Position numbers and translations under genes: made by a program. DNA of 38,413 nucleotides from Gemmatimonadales bacterium (GTDB lineage Bacteria > Gemmatimonadota > Gemmatimonadetes > Gemmatimonadales > GWC2-71-9), in contig JBFJCP010000035.1 in NCBI GenBank assembly GCA_041615815.1, forward strand, positions 1 through 38,413. The letters run 5' to 3'. Under the pieces are notes generated by a model. The model saw nothing but the letters and a program-made list of their open reading frames with translations, had not been told where the DNA came from and did no database searches. Shown here in pieces: positions 18,977 through 28,641 of this stretch; the stretch's first letter is position 1; every line of letters starts with the position of its first letter.

Positions 18977-20326
18977 ATGAAACGCCAGCTTTCCCGCCGC
19001 GATTTTCTGGAAACGAGTGTGGCGGCTGCGGGAGGAGTCTTTGCGGCCGAGTCAGTACGCCTCGGTCCGCGCTCGGTCGAGGCGGCAACGGTCCGGATGC
19101 AGGCGAGTGACCGCGTCCGATTCGGAATCATCGGGGTCGGCATGCAGGGTTCCGGTCTGCTGGCCACCGCGCTGGAAGTCGGACACCAGTGTGTCGCAGC
19201 AGCGGATCTGTATGACGGTAGACACAGGCTTGCCGAGGAGATAACCGGCGATGCAAGCTTGCCAACGACGCGCCGCTATCAGGACCTACTCGATCGGCAG
19301 GACATCGACTGCGTGATCGTTGCGGTGCCCGATCACCACCACCGTCGGGTCGTCGTGGACGCGCTCAGTGCGGGCAAGGACGTGTACTGTGAAAAGCCGA
19401 TGTCGCACACCGTCGCCGACGGCACGGCGATAGTCGCGGCGGCACAAAGGCATGGTCGGATCGTGCAGGTAGGGTCCCAGCGCGTCAGCTCCGCGCTATG
19501 TGCCAAGGCCAACGAGGTGTATCTGGAGGGGGGCATCGGCGACGTCTCGATGGTCGAGCTGTCGCTCGGTCGCAATACGCCCACGGGGGCGTGGCAGTAT
19601 CCGCCGCCGTTCGACCTCTCGCCGCGAACACTGGATTGGGATGCATGGCTGGGTTCGGCTCCCAGGATTCCCTTCAATCCGCTACACTTTGCGCGCTGGC
19701 GATGCTGGAAGGAATACGGGACGGGCGTGGCGGGTGACCTGATGGTGCATTTGATCTCCGGGATGCTGTACACGCTCGGATGGAACGAGCCACCGAGGTC
19801 GGCACAGTCGCTTGGCGGGATCGTTCGATGGAAGGACGGCCGTAACATGCCCGACCTGCACGCGGTACTGTTCGACTATCACGGCGTGCCCGTGTTCGTT
19901 CGCCTTGGTCTCGGCACGGAAACGCGAGAGGTCACCCGCTTCATGGGACCGAAAGGAGTTCTGGAAGCCACCAGCCAGACGCTCGCGCACACACCGCAGG
20001 TGGGAGAAGACCAATCCCCGAGCTACTACGCATACGGATTCCCGAGAGAGATGCGCGAAGAGTACTTCGAGCAGTGGCATGCCGAGCACGATCCTCAACC
20101 CGGCAGTGAGCCCGTGGATGCCGCCATCACCTATCACGGACCGCACTGGGACGACACCACGCCGCATGTATGGGGCTTCTTTGAGGCCGTGAGGACGCGC
20201 GAGCCGGTCGTGCAGGACGCCATCTTTGGCAACCATACGGCGATCGCCTGTCATATGGCCAATGAGTCATTTTTCCGCCAGGCCCCTGTTCGCTGGGACG
20301 AGGCTTCGGGGACAGTGAAGAGCTAG
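18977..20326 (+). CDS. Tat-exported Gfo/Idh/MocA family oxidoreductase
   Basis: GGAGG RBS; SRRDFL Tat motif; GIIGVGMQG, AVPDHHH, KDVYCEKP, QVGSQR, GDLMVH. Confidence 0.92.
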   Translation: MKRQLSRRDFLETSVAAAGGVFAAESVRLGPRSVEAATVRMQASDRVRFGIIGVGMQGSGLLATALEVGHQCVAAADLYDGRHRLAEEITGDASLPTTRRYQDLLDRQDIDCVIVAVPDHHHRRVVVDALSAGKDVYCEKPMSHTVADGTAIVAAAQRHGRIVQVGSQRVSSALCAKANEVYLEGGIGDVSMVELSLGRNTPTGAWQYPPPFDLSPRTLDWDAWLGSAPRIPFNPLHFARWRCWKEYGTGVAGDLMVHLISGMLYTLGWNEPPRSAQSLGGIVRWKDGRNMPDLHAVLFDYHGVPVFVRLGLGTETREVTRFMGPKGVLEATSQTLAHTPQVGEDQSPSYYAYGFPREMREEYFEQWHAEHDPQPGSEPVDAAITYHGPHWDDTTPHVWGFFEAVRTREPVVQDAIFGNHTAIACHMANESFFRQAPVRWDEASGTVKS

Positions 20327-20408
20327 AACGAGCGCCAGGGTGGTTCTCTGGGGGCACCGCTGTTGGGTAGTTGCCCAACCGGGGAGTTACACGAGCCAAA
20401 CCAGCGAC

Positions 20409-21650
20409 CTACACCCCGTACTTCTCGGCAAACGCCACGAGCGCCCGTTCGAAGATCTCCATGGGCGGGCGGACGAGGCCGGCGCCGATCTGGCCGATAC
20501 CCGGCTCTCTGTGCGCGATACCGGTGTTGACCCGCGGCGTCAGACCCGTCTCGATGACCTTGCGCAGGTCGATACCGGTGGGCGTGCCACGGAAATCGAG
20601 CGGTGGAATCGTGAAGTATTTGTGCTCGCCGTAGGTGATCTCGTACATCTCCATGGTGGCGTGGAGTGCGTCCTGCGGCGTGCCGCTGACGAAGGTGACG
20701 ATGGCGGGCGCCGCCGCCATGGCAAAGCCGCCGATGCCGGCGGTTTCCGTGATCGTGCTGTCGCCGATGTCAGCGTTGGCGTCGTCGTCGCCGTAGCCGG
20801 GGAAGTAGAGGCCCTTGGGGATCTGCGCCGGGGCCGTAAACCACCGCTCGCCGAGCCCGCTCACGCGGATGCCGAAGTCGGTACCGTTGCGTGCCATGGT
20901 CGTGACAATGGTGCTGCCATCGATACCGTGGGCGGCGTCGGCCATCGCTTTGCAGGCCGCCATCACCGGATTGAGCACACTGAGGGCGTTGTCGCCGATG
21001 GCGTTGAGCACCGCCGCGGCCGTGGCACCGTCCGGACTCACGCGCGCGACGTGCGGGGCCAGCGCTTTCAAATATAGGATCGAGCCGGCCTTGTTGCGGT
21101 TGTGTCCCTCGTCGCCCATGTGCAGCGCTTCGGCCAGCAGTGCTTTGATGTCGATGCCGCCACTCGCTTCGATGGCCCGTTTCAATACCGGCGCCATCAC
21201 GTCCTCCATCCAGCGCAGGCGTTGCTGCACCTCCTCGTCGAACGCTCCGTAGCGCAGCACCTTGCCATAGCCTTCGTTCAGATTCGAAAACGCGCGGTTG
21301 CCGTGCGTCGCATTCTCGATGACGTACACCGACATCGATGGTGACGTGACGCCCGCCATCGGCCCAACGGTTCCGTGGTGATGGCACGGCTCCAAGTCGA
21401 TCTCGCCGCGTTCGACCAGGGCCCTGGCCTCGGCTTCGTCTTTGGCCTTGCCCTCGAAGATGAGTGCACCGGTGACGGCACCGCGGAGCGGTCCGGAGGC
21501 CCGGTCCCAGCGTATGGGCGGACCCGCGTGAAGCAGCAGGTTGTCGCGCATGCCGGGAATGACCTCGCGTGCCTTCTCGAGCCCAACTAGCACGGCGTTG
21601 GCTTCGATCATGCGCTCGGTGGCGGCGGCGTTGGCCTGGTCGATGGTCAT
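20409..21650 (-). CDS. ylbE: DUF1116 / YlbE-YahG family protein (oxamate carbamoyltransferase AllG-like)
   Basis: LLHAGPP, PCHHHGTVGPMAG, MGDEGHNRN, MARNGTDFGIR, DIGDSTITET, NTGIAH. Confidence 0.88.
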   Translation of the reverse strand: MTIDQANAAATERMIEANAVLVGLEKAREVIPGMRDNLLLHAGPPIRWDRASGPLRGAVTGALIFEGKAKDEAEARALVERGEIDLEPCHHHGTVGPMAGVTSPSMSVYVIENATHGNRAFSNLNEGYGKVLRYGAFDEEVQQRLRWMEDVMAPVLKRAIEASGGIDIKALLAEALHMGDEGHNRNKAGSILYLKALAPHVARVSPDGATAAAVLNAIGDNALSVLNPVMAACKAMADAAHGIDGSTIVTTMARNGTDFGIRVSGLGERWFTAPAQIPKGLYFPGYGDDDANADIGDSTITETAGIGGFAMAAAPAIVTFVSGTPQDALHATMEMYEITYGEHKYFTIPPLDFRGTPTGIDLRKVIETGLTPRVNTGIAHREPGIGQIGAGLVRPPMEIFERALVAFAEKYGV

Positions 21651-21669
21651 CGTGTGCGGCTATGCGGCG

Positions 21670-23388
21670 TCAACGCTGCTTCATCCGTTCGAGGATAGAC
21701 ATCAGGTTCTCCTTGCCGCCGGCCGGTGGTTGCCAGTCGACATGGATGACCGCCGCGGCGTTCTGGGTGGCGAGGCTCACCGCGAACGATTCCAAACCAA
21801 CATTGAGGGCTTGGAGCGGCTGGTTCAAGACAGCCAGGTCGACCGGGGGCAGGGGAGGGGGACCATCGCGGTCTCGCAGGCGGTGGCCGGCGTAGGCCGC
21901 CGCTGCGCTTGGGCGCGTCTCGACGCGTGCGCCCGCGCCTTCGAGCTGCTGGATCTGCGCCGCCATGTCTTGTGGATCTTCGTCGGTGCCCACGACCAGG
22001 ACGACGACGTCGAGCGCGCGACCGGCCGCCTGTGCCTTGGCGCGGGCCTCGGCGATGGCGGGCGCGAGTTGGGCGGCGGGATCTGCGTGCGCACCGTCGC
22101 CCAACACCACGTCCAGCAGGATCATGGCGACGGTGGGGTCGTCCGCTTCCTGCATCAGGCGTTGGAGGCGAAGCGTGTTGTCGAGCATGGGGTGGAGGCG
22201 GCCCACCGTGAATTCGTCGGCTCCCAGGTCGAGGATCGTGTGCCCCTGGCTCACGGTGGGATCGGCCAGCGCGGATTCCTCGTCGGACGCCACGTTCGAG
22301 TACACGGCCGGCAGGTAGCCGTCAAGCAGAAGCAGCGTTTCGTATGCCAGTGTACCGCCGGAGAAGAGACCACGCACGTAGCGCTGAGTGGCAGCGAAGG
22401 TGCCAGAAGGAAACTCGGGGGATGGTATCCCGTCCGCCGATCCTGCCAACGTCACCGCCCGCGCGGCCGCTTCGTCGAGGGAAGTCGCAATATGGAGCTG
22501 GCCTCCCCCGGTCGGTCCGGCCGGCGGCGCATAGCCGGTGAAGTAGATGACCACGGGCTTCCCGGCGTCTCTTGCTTGTCGCATCAACGCCGAGGCAACG
22601 GCGGGGGCCGGGGGCTTGGAGATGAGTACGATGACGCGGGTCTCGCCGTCGCGGCGGAGCAGGTCGAGCGCTTGGCGGGCGGTGGTGCCGCCGACGGCGT
22701 GGGAGAGGTCGCGTCCGCCGGTGCCGAGGGCGTGGGTGATGCCGCTGCCCAACTGATGAATCCGGGCGGTGACGTGTTGCAGCCCCGTTCCCGAAGCCCC
22801 GACGAGCCCGATGGGACCGTGCCGCACCCGATTGGCGAAACCGAGCCCAGCGCCGCCGATGAGGGCGGTGCCGCAATCCGGCCCCATCACCAGCAGCCCG
22901 CGGGCGGCCGCTTCCCGTTTCAAGGCAATCTCGTCGTCGAGCAACACGTTATCGCTGTAAAGGAAGACGTTCTTTCCGAGATGCAGGGCCTCGCGGGCCA
23001 CGGCGGCGGCGTATCGTCCCGGCACCGAGACGAGGACCCACGCGGCTTCGGGCAGATGGCGGGCCGCCGTCGCCAGGGTCTTGGGATGGTACTCCTGTTC
23101 GAGAACGGCGCGTCGTCGGGTGAGCAGCGCGTCTACCTGTGCCAACGCGGATTCGGCGGCAGCTTCGTTCTGGCCTGCGATGCTGATGATCAGGTCTTCC
23201 GGTCGCGCACCTTCTGTGTCCGTGCTCGAGAGACCATTTTGATCGAGGAGCGCTTTGTTCGCCGGCGTGCCCATCATCACGCCGGCGCTCGTGACGCCGG
23301 GAAGGTTCAACAAGGCGGCCTGCAATTCCATCAGGACGATGGAGTCGTAGTACGCGCCGCGTCGAATGTCGACTTTTATCGCTGCCAT
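21670..23388 (-). CDS. fdrA: FdrA (acyl-CoA synthetase-like, AllF) with C-terminal DWQPPAGG extension
   Basis: YYDSIVLM, MGTPANK, SVPGRYA, SDNV, MGPDCGT, GASGTG, GLFSGGTL, DLGADEFTVGRLHPM. Confidence 0.92.
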   Translation of the reverse strand: MAAIKVDIRRGAYYDSIVLMELQAALLNLPGVTSAGVMMGTPANKALLDQNGLSSTDTEGARPEDLIISIAGQNEAAAESALAQVDALLTRRRAVLEQEYHPKTLATAARHLPEAAWVLVSVPGRYAAAVAREALHLGKNVFLYSDNVLLDDEIALKREAAARGLLVMGPDCGTALIGGAGLGFANRVRHGPIGLVGASGTGLQHVTARIHQLGSGITHALGTGGRDLSHAVGGTTARQALDLLRRDGETRVIVLISKPPAPAVASALMRQARDAGKPVVIYFTGYAPPAGPTGGGQLHIATSLDEAAARAVTLAGSADGIPSPEFPSGTFAATQRYVRGLFSGGTLAYETLLLLDGYLPAVYSNVASDEESALADPTVSQGHTILDLGADEFTVGRLHPMLDNTLRLQRLMQEADDPTVAMILLDVVLGDGAHADPAAQLAPAIAEARAKAQAAGRALDVVVLVVGTDEDPQDMAAQIQQLEGAGARVETRPSAAAAYAGHRLRDRDGPPPLPPVDLAVLNQPLQALNVGLESFAVSLATQNAAAVIHVDWQPPAGGKENLMSILERMKQR

Positions 23389-23708
23389 CGGTCGGGAGTC
23401 AGATTCTCAATCCAGGAGCAGCGGTAGTATCCCGGCTTTATGGGAAGAAGGCAAGCAGGTGGCTGTATCTGGTGACGGCGAGGGCCTGTTACGTGCCAAT
23501 CACCGTCCCCCGGTGTAGCCACTGGCTCCGCGAGCCGGAGACGGGAGCCGGCATGGCCACTGAGAAACGAGGCTTTCCCGCTGCCGGCTCGGCACGAGTG
23601 TCGTGACGCTCGGTCGAAACCGCTTGCAACTATTTCGAGGAGCGCTAGCTTAGCCCTGACTCGAGTAGCTCCAGCGTGTTGTCTGACCCAGGACTCGGAG
23701 GTACCAGG

Positions 23709-24506
23709 ATGCCGCACCGGTTCCGTCACACCCTATTCCTCGTAGGTCTCTTCACACTGGGCACGAGTGTCGCGTACGGGCAGGCCGACACGACTCTCTA
23801 CTTCGAGCTGGCTTACATGAAAGCTTCGAGTCCGGACTACGTCGACGTTGAGATGGACTTCTGGAAACCCATCCACGAAGCGCGGATCGCAGCGGGGGAA
23901 CTGGAATCCTGGACGCTCTACGCGGTCCGCTACGGGGAACGCACCGAATACGACTATGTCGTCGTCAATGGATATCGAGGACTCGAACAGGTCGGCAACG
24001 CCTTCGCGAACGTGGAAGAAATCGCGCAACGGGTGCATCCGAACACGGACTTGGACGCCTGGTGGAGTCGGACCACAAAAGCCAGGCAGATGGTCAAATC
24101 GGAGTTGTGGAGTCAGATCGAGGTGGCAGCTGGCTCTGATATGCACGGATCGGACATCTCCGTGGCGTACATGCGCGTTGCGCCGGGCGGGGGAAGCGAC
24201 TACGTCGCGCTCGAGCGGGACATCTGGAAGCCCATGCAGGAGGAGAGGATTCGGAGGGAGGCGTTGAACGGATGGGGGGTGTATCAGCTCAACATGCCGG
24301 GGGGTACCACCTACCCATATAACTACGCCGCGGTCAACGTCTGGGCGGGGTGGAGCTTTGGTCCTTCTATGCAGGACATCGCGGCCGCGGCCCACCCTGG
24401 CGTCGACTGGGCGGAGATCGATCGAAAAACGACCGCGGCGAGGGACATGGCCGTCTGGCAGGTATGGCAAGTGGTCGAGCACATCCACGCGAAGCCGCCC
24501 GAGTAA
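23709..24506 (+). CDS. Exported hypothetical protein with two repeats (YM...DYVxxExDxWKP...W), possibly NIPSNAP-like alpha-beta barrel
   Basis: GGAGG RBS; signal peptide ending AYG-QA; duplicated halves. Confidence 0.8.
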   Translation: MPHRFRHTLFLVGLFTLGTSVAYGQADTTLYFELAYMKASSPDYVDVEMDFWKPIHEARIAAGELESWTLYAVRYGERTEYDYVVVNGYRGLEQVGNAFANVEEIAQRVHPNTDLDAWWSRTTKARQMVKSELWSQIEVAAGSDMHGSDISVAYMRVAPGGGSDYVALERDIWKPMQEERIRREALNGWGVYQLNMPGGTTYPYNYAAVNVWAGWSFGPSMQDIAAAAHPGVDWAEIDRKTTAARDMAVWQVWQVVEHIHAKPPE

Positions 24507-24542
24507 AGACCGCTGCCGCCACCTGACCGTTCGCAGCAACGG

Positions 24543-24571
24543 CCCGCGAGCCCCACGGCGGGGCTCGCGGG
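24543..24571. terminator. Hairpin between convergent genes
   Basis: CCCGCGAGCCCC-ACGGC-GGGGCTCGCGGG: perfect 12-bp stem, no U-tract. Confidence 0.6.
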
Positions 24572-24609
24572 GCTAACGCCTCCCGCACGACCCTGCTTCT
24601 GCGGGGCCT

Positions 24610-25131
24610 CTACTGCCGTTCCCGACCACGGATCCTTCGGCTCGTCTTGGCCACGATATCTCGCACGGCCACGAACCCGATGAATCGGCTGTCCGGCCAC
24701 CCGACCATGTCTCGCGTGTCCGCCAGCAGCAGCAGCGAGTCCGTGGGCACGATCCAGGGACCCCACGAAAACAGGTTTCCTATAGGGTAGGGCGAGCGCC
24801 ACGCCTCGGGCTGGAGGATTTGGTAGGGCCAGTCCTGGGGCACTCCGTTCACCACCGCGCGGCCATCCGCCATCGCCACCGTGTCACCGGCCACTCCTGC
24901 GACGCGACGCAGCACGTGGTACGCTTCTCCTTCGTCCACGAACCGGAACAGGACGAGGTCGCCATGCGCGATGCTGCGCACTGGGGTCCACGCCACGAAA
25001 TAGCGGCCGGGCCCGATGGTCGGCTCCATGGAAGGGCCGGTCATGTAGTAGATCGCCGGCCGGCCGACGTAGACGAGGACGCCGACCGCAAGGCCCAGAA
25101 GTAATAGGAGTACCCAGGATGCCACGCGCAT
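24610..25131 (-). CDS. Signal peptidase I-like (S26) protein with an atypical catalytic box
   Basis: N-terminal TM; GPSMEPTI; GDLVLF; VLRRVAGVAGDTV; DSRFIG. Confidence 0.8.
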   Translation of the reverse strand: MRVASWVLLLLLGLAVGVLVYVGRPAIYYMTGPSMEPTIGPGRYFVAWTPVRSIAHGDLVLFRFVDEGEAYHVLRRVAGVAGDTVAMADGRAVVNGVPQDWPYQILQPEAWRSPYPIGNLFSWGPWIVPTDSLLLLADTRDMVGWPDSRFIGFVAVRDIVAKTSRRIRGRERQ

Positions 25132-25175
25132 GGGAACTCGCGGGGCCGTGACGGCAGGCTACTCGCTCCGCCCCC

Positions 25176-27665
25176 TTACTCGTCTCGCAACGCCTCGACC
25201 GGATCGATACGCAGCGCTCGCCGCGCCGGCAAGTAGCTCGCCACCAGCGCAACGCCGAGCAGAACCAGTGATACGCCGGCGAACGTGATCGGGTCGGCGG
25301 CCGTCACGCCATAGAACAGGCTGGAAACGAGGCGCGTCGCCACGAACGCGGCGATGAGACCCACCCCCAACCCGCCGAGCGCGAGCAGCATGCCCTGGCC
25401 CACCACCAGCCGGACCACCGCCTTGTCCGACGCCCCGAAGGCGATACGCACGCCGATCTCTCGCGTGCGCTGTCGGACCGAATACGCGATGACGCCGTAG
25501 AGTCCCACCGATGCCAAGACGAGTGCCAATCCGGCGAACACGCCAATCAGGGTGAGCGCGAAGCGGGTCTGTGCCAGCGCGTCGTCGATATAGTCGCCCA
25601 TCACACGGATCTTGGACAACGGGATGTCGGGATCCACTGCCTCCACCTCACGCCGGATGGGGTCGACGAGCGCCAACGGTCCGCCGGACGTGCGCACCGT
25701 GAAGCTCAGCGGGAACCATGGGAAGAACCGGTACGGATAGTAGACGGTCTCGCGTCCTTCGGCGGCAAGTGACTGCGCGCGCACACCCGACGCGACGCCG
25801 ACCACCTGCAGCGGCACGCGTTCCATGCCGAAGGCCTCGAAGTTGAACCGTTCGATGAACAGCTCCTTGCCCACCGCGTCGTCGTTCGGCCACATTCGCT
25901 GCGCCAGCTTCTCGTCGATCACGGCCACGTCGAGCGCACCGGCGCGGTTGTCGGCCGGTTCGATCGCGCGCCCCGCCACGATGCGAATCCCCATGGTTTC
26001 CGAATACCCCGGCAAGACGGCGCGATAGTCGGCCCTGTTGCTGCGCCATTCTTCCTCGGTGGATCCGCTCGTCCCGTAGCTGCCGATGCCGTACTGATCG
26101 CCGCCGGCGAGGGGCAGCAGACTGGCCGCCCCCACCGTCCGCACTCCTGGCAGCGCTTCGATCCGTGTCTGGATCCTGGTGGCCACGTCGTTCCGCACGG
26201 TCGGGTCGCGGTACTTGAATAGGGGCACGGGAACGGTGAACGTCAGCACGTTCTCCGATTGGAATCCAGGATACACGGCCTGCAGCTTGGCGAACGTCCG
26301 GAACATCAGACCCGTTCCGATCAACAGCACCAGCGAGAGCGCCACCTCGGCAACGACCAACCCGGTGCGGAGCTTGTTGCCACGGACGCCGCCCGCGTCG
26401 CTTCCCCGGTCCCGCAGGGAATCTGCCAAGTTGGAGCTTGTGGCCCTGAGCGCCGGCGCCAACCCGAACAGGAGCGCAGCGATCGCGGTTGCCCCCGCCG
26501 TGAAAAGCAAGACCGGGCCGTTGATCGAGAACTCCTCGAATCGCGCGAGCGTGTCCGGCCGCATGGCGATCAGGACGCGGCCACCCCACCACGCCAACAC
26601 CACCCCCACCACGGCACCGGTCACCGCGAGCACGGCGCTCTCCGTGAGCATCTGTCGGATGATGCGCCAACGGCCGCTTCCGAGCGCGGCCCGCACGGCG
26701 ATTTCGCGCTCCCGCGTCGTGGCGCGCACCAACAACAGGTTCGCGACGTTGGCGCACGCGATGAGGAGCACGAAGCCGACGGCTCCCAGCAGTGCCAGCA
26801 GTACGGGCCGCGCGTGTGCTACGACGTCCTCGTGCATGGAGTTCACCGCGATCTGCATGTTGCCGTTCGCATGGTGCTGGTACAGCTCGCGCAATCGCGC
26901 TGCGAGACCGTCCATCTCCTGCTGCGCCTGCTCCATCGTCACGCCGTCTTTTAACCGCGTCACCACCGTGAGCCATGCCGCGTCCCGCGCTGCGTCCGAG
27001 AAGTTGCTGGGAATCACGCCCCAGGCATCGATGTCGGTCGGCATGCCCGCATCTTCCGGCAAGTAAATGCGGAACGTCGCCGGCAGCACGCCAACCACGA
27101 TGGAGGTGCCGCCGTCGATTTGTACGGTCTGTCCCAAGACGTTGGGGTCGCCTCCGAAGCGCCGCTGCCAGAGGCCGTGACTCAACATCACCGTCCCCGG
27201 CGGCAGCTCGGCGTTGGGATCGAGGAAAAGGTCCGGGTCGACCGGCGCTTCATCCGCGGGCTCGAAATCGCGCCCGAGGATCGGCTTCACACCGAGGATC
27301 TGGAAGATGTTCGCCGTGGCCCAGGCAACGGTGACCTCCTCGGCGCGCCCCTCGCCGGTGATTGCCGCCGTGATCGCGACCGCACCGGCAAATCCCTCGA
27401 ACTGCCTGGTCTCGTTGCGATAGTCGACGAAATCCGGCCCGGAGACGAGCGCGCGCGGCTGGTTCGTGATCTGTGTCCACACCAGGGCCAGCTCTTCGGG
27501 ATCCTCGTACGGCAGCGGCTGAAACAAGACCGCGTTGGCCACGCCGAAAATGGCGACGTTACTCCCGATGCCGAGGGCCAGGGTGGCTACCACCACCGCG
27601 GTGAATCCCGGGCGCCGCGAAAACGACCGCACCGCGTACCGAAGGTCCTGCAGGAACAAGTTCAT
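25176..27665 (-). CDS. ADOP/MacB-like duplicated ABC permease
   Basis: QDLRYAVR...PGF...TLALGIG, LLIACANVANLLL, REIAVRAALG, RTREIGVR, YLPARRALRIDPVEALRDE. Confidence 0.93.
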   Translation of the reverse strand: MNLFLQDLRYAVRSFSRRPGFTAVVVATLALGIGSNVAIFGVANAVLFQPLPYEDPEELALVWTQITNQPRALVSGPDFVDYRNETRQFEGFAGAVAITAAITGEGRAEEVTVAWATANIFQILGVKPILGRDFEPADEAPVDPDLFLDPNAELPPGTVMLSHGLWQRRFGGDPNVLGQTVQIDGGTSIVVGVLPATFRIYLPEDAGMPTDIDAWGVIPSNFSDAARDAAWLTVVTRLKDGVTMEQAQQEMDGLAARLRELYQHHANGNMQIAVNSMHEDVVAHARPVLLALLGAVGFVLLIACANVANLLLVRATTREREIAVRAALGSGRWRIIRQMLTESAVLAVTGAVVGVVLAWWGGRVLIAMRPDTLARFEEFSINGPVLLFTAGATAIAALLFGLAPALRATSSNLADSLRDRGSDAGGVRGNKLRTGLVVAEVALSLVLLIGTGLMFRTFAKLQAVYPGFQSENVLTFTVPVPLFKYRDPTVRNDVATRIQTRIEALPGVRTVGAASLLPLAGGDQYGIGSYGTSGSTEEEWRSNRADYRAVLPGYSETMGIRIVAGRAIEPADNRAGALDVAVIDEKLAQRMWPNDDAVGKELFIERFNFEAFGMERVPLQVVGVASGVRAQSLAAEGRETVYYPYRFFPWFPLSFTVRTSGGPLALVDPIRREVEAVDPDIPLSKIRVMGDYIDDALAQTRFALTLIGVFAGLALVLASVGLYGVIAYSVRQRTREIGVRIAFGASDKAVVRLVVGQGMLLALGGLGVGLIAAFVATRLVSSLFYGVTAADPITFAGVSLVLLGVALVASYLPARRALRIDPVEALRDE

Positions 27666-27803
27666 AGCGGGCTCTGGAGCGTGGGTGAGCGCGCGACCTC
27701 GAGTGCCGCTCGGGTGATTGGCCGAGCGACGCTAGTACGGTGGGCGCACGTGTTCACGAACCTCAAAGTGCTTCACCATCGGACGAGCGTCGAGTCGGGG
27801 TCC

Positions 27804-27833
27804 GAACATACACCGAACAATATGTGAACGCAA
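27804..27833 (-). promoter_or_regulatory. Sigma70-like promoter overlapped by three GTTC-N7 direct repeats (LexA-box-like)
   Basis: Minus strand reads TTGCGT-N17-TATGTT. Plus strand has GAAC at 27804, 27815 and 27826. Confidence 0.55.
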
Positions 27834-28152
27834 GGAGCTACGGCGCAAAACCGCTGGCGTGGCCACGCGCTGCGAAACAGCTCCGCACGATGGATCTGGA
27901 GTGGGGGGACGTCCGCGCGTGGCGCCCGGTCGAGCGTGCTCCGAGAAGATGTCAGGTTCCGTGCGGTCCTTCCGTCACCGTTCGACGCGTCCTAGCTCGA
28001 GATCGAGGATCCAGTGCTCTTCGACTCTTTCCTCCAAAGAGCGCACGCTTCTGCGGACGGACGGTCCGCTTGCGCCGAACCGGACCCAAGGCGACGTTAG
28101 CCCCCCTCAGCTTGCGAAGTGTCGCCTCGTCTCGTATCCCCAGGAGGTCAGG

Positions 28153-28641
28153 ATGAGGTACCGCCCCGCCGTCTTCGTACCAGCCGCGCCTGCTATTGGA
28201 ATCGCACTCCTCCTCTTCGCTTGTACGGCCCAACCGCCGGTCGACATGGAGGCGGAAACCGCCGCCCTCCGCGAGGCCGTCATGGCCTACGATGAAGCCG
28301 GCTCCACCGCAAATGCGGAAGCACTCGTCGCCTTGTATGCCGCTGATGGTGTGATGCTGCCTCCCAACGGACCGGATGTCGTTGGCCACGACAACATCCG
28401 TGGTTTCCTCGAGAGCTTCACCACCCTCGAGAACTTTCAGTACCAAGCGTCGGCCCCCACGGTGGTGGTGTCCGCCGACGGGAGCATGGGCTACTCGGTC
28501 GCGGCTCTGACCTTGTCATGGCAAGCCGACGGCGAAGTGGTGAGCGAAGACTTCAGGGATGTCCATATCTGGAGCAAAGACCCTGACGGGGAGTGGAAAC
28601 TGGCGGTCGACATCTGGAACTCGACGGAGCCCGCCGACTAG
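28153..28641 (+). CDS. DUF4440/SnoaL-like (NTF2 fold) lipoprotein
   Basis: AGGAGG RBS; LFA-C lipobox; ALYAADGVMLPPNGP, DGEWKLAVDIWNS. Confidence 0.88.
   Translation: MRYRPAVFVPAAPAIGIALLLFACTAQPPVDMEAETAALREAVMAYDEAGSTANAEALVALYAADGVMLPPNGPDVVGHDNIRGFLESFTTLENFQYQASAPTVVVSADGSMGYSVAALTLSWQADGEVVSEDFRDVHIWSKDPDGEWKLAVDIWNSTEPAD

Noticed and set aside
21541..23427. 628-aa plus-strand ORF and similar long overlapping ORFs (13863-15551, 25648-26976, 8300-9610)
   Set aside because: Shadow frames of well-supported genes in GC-rich DNA. Only the first ~80 codons of 8300-9610 are meaningful (the eutBC relic).
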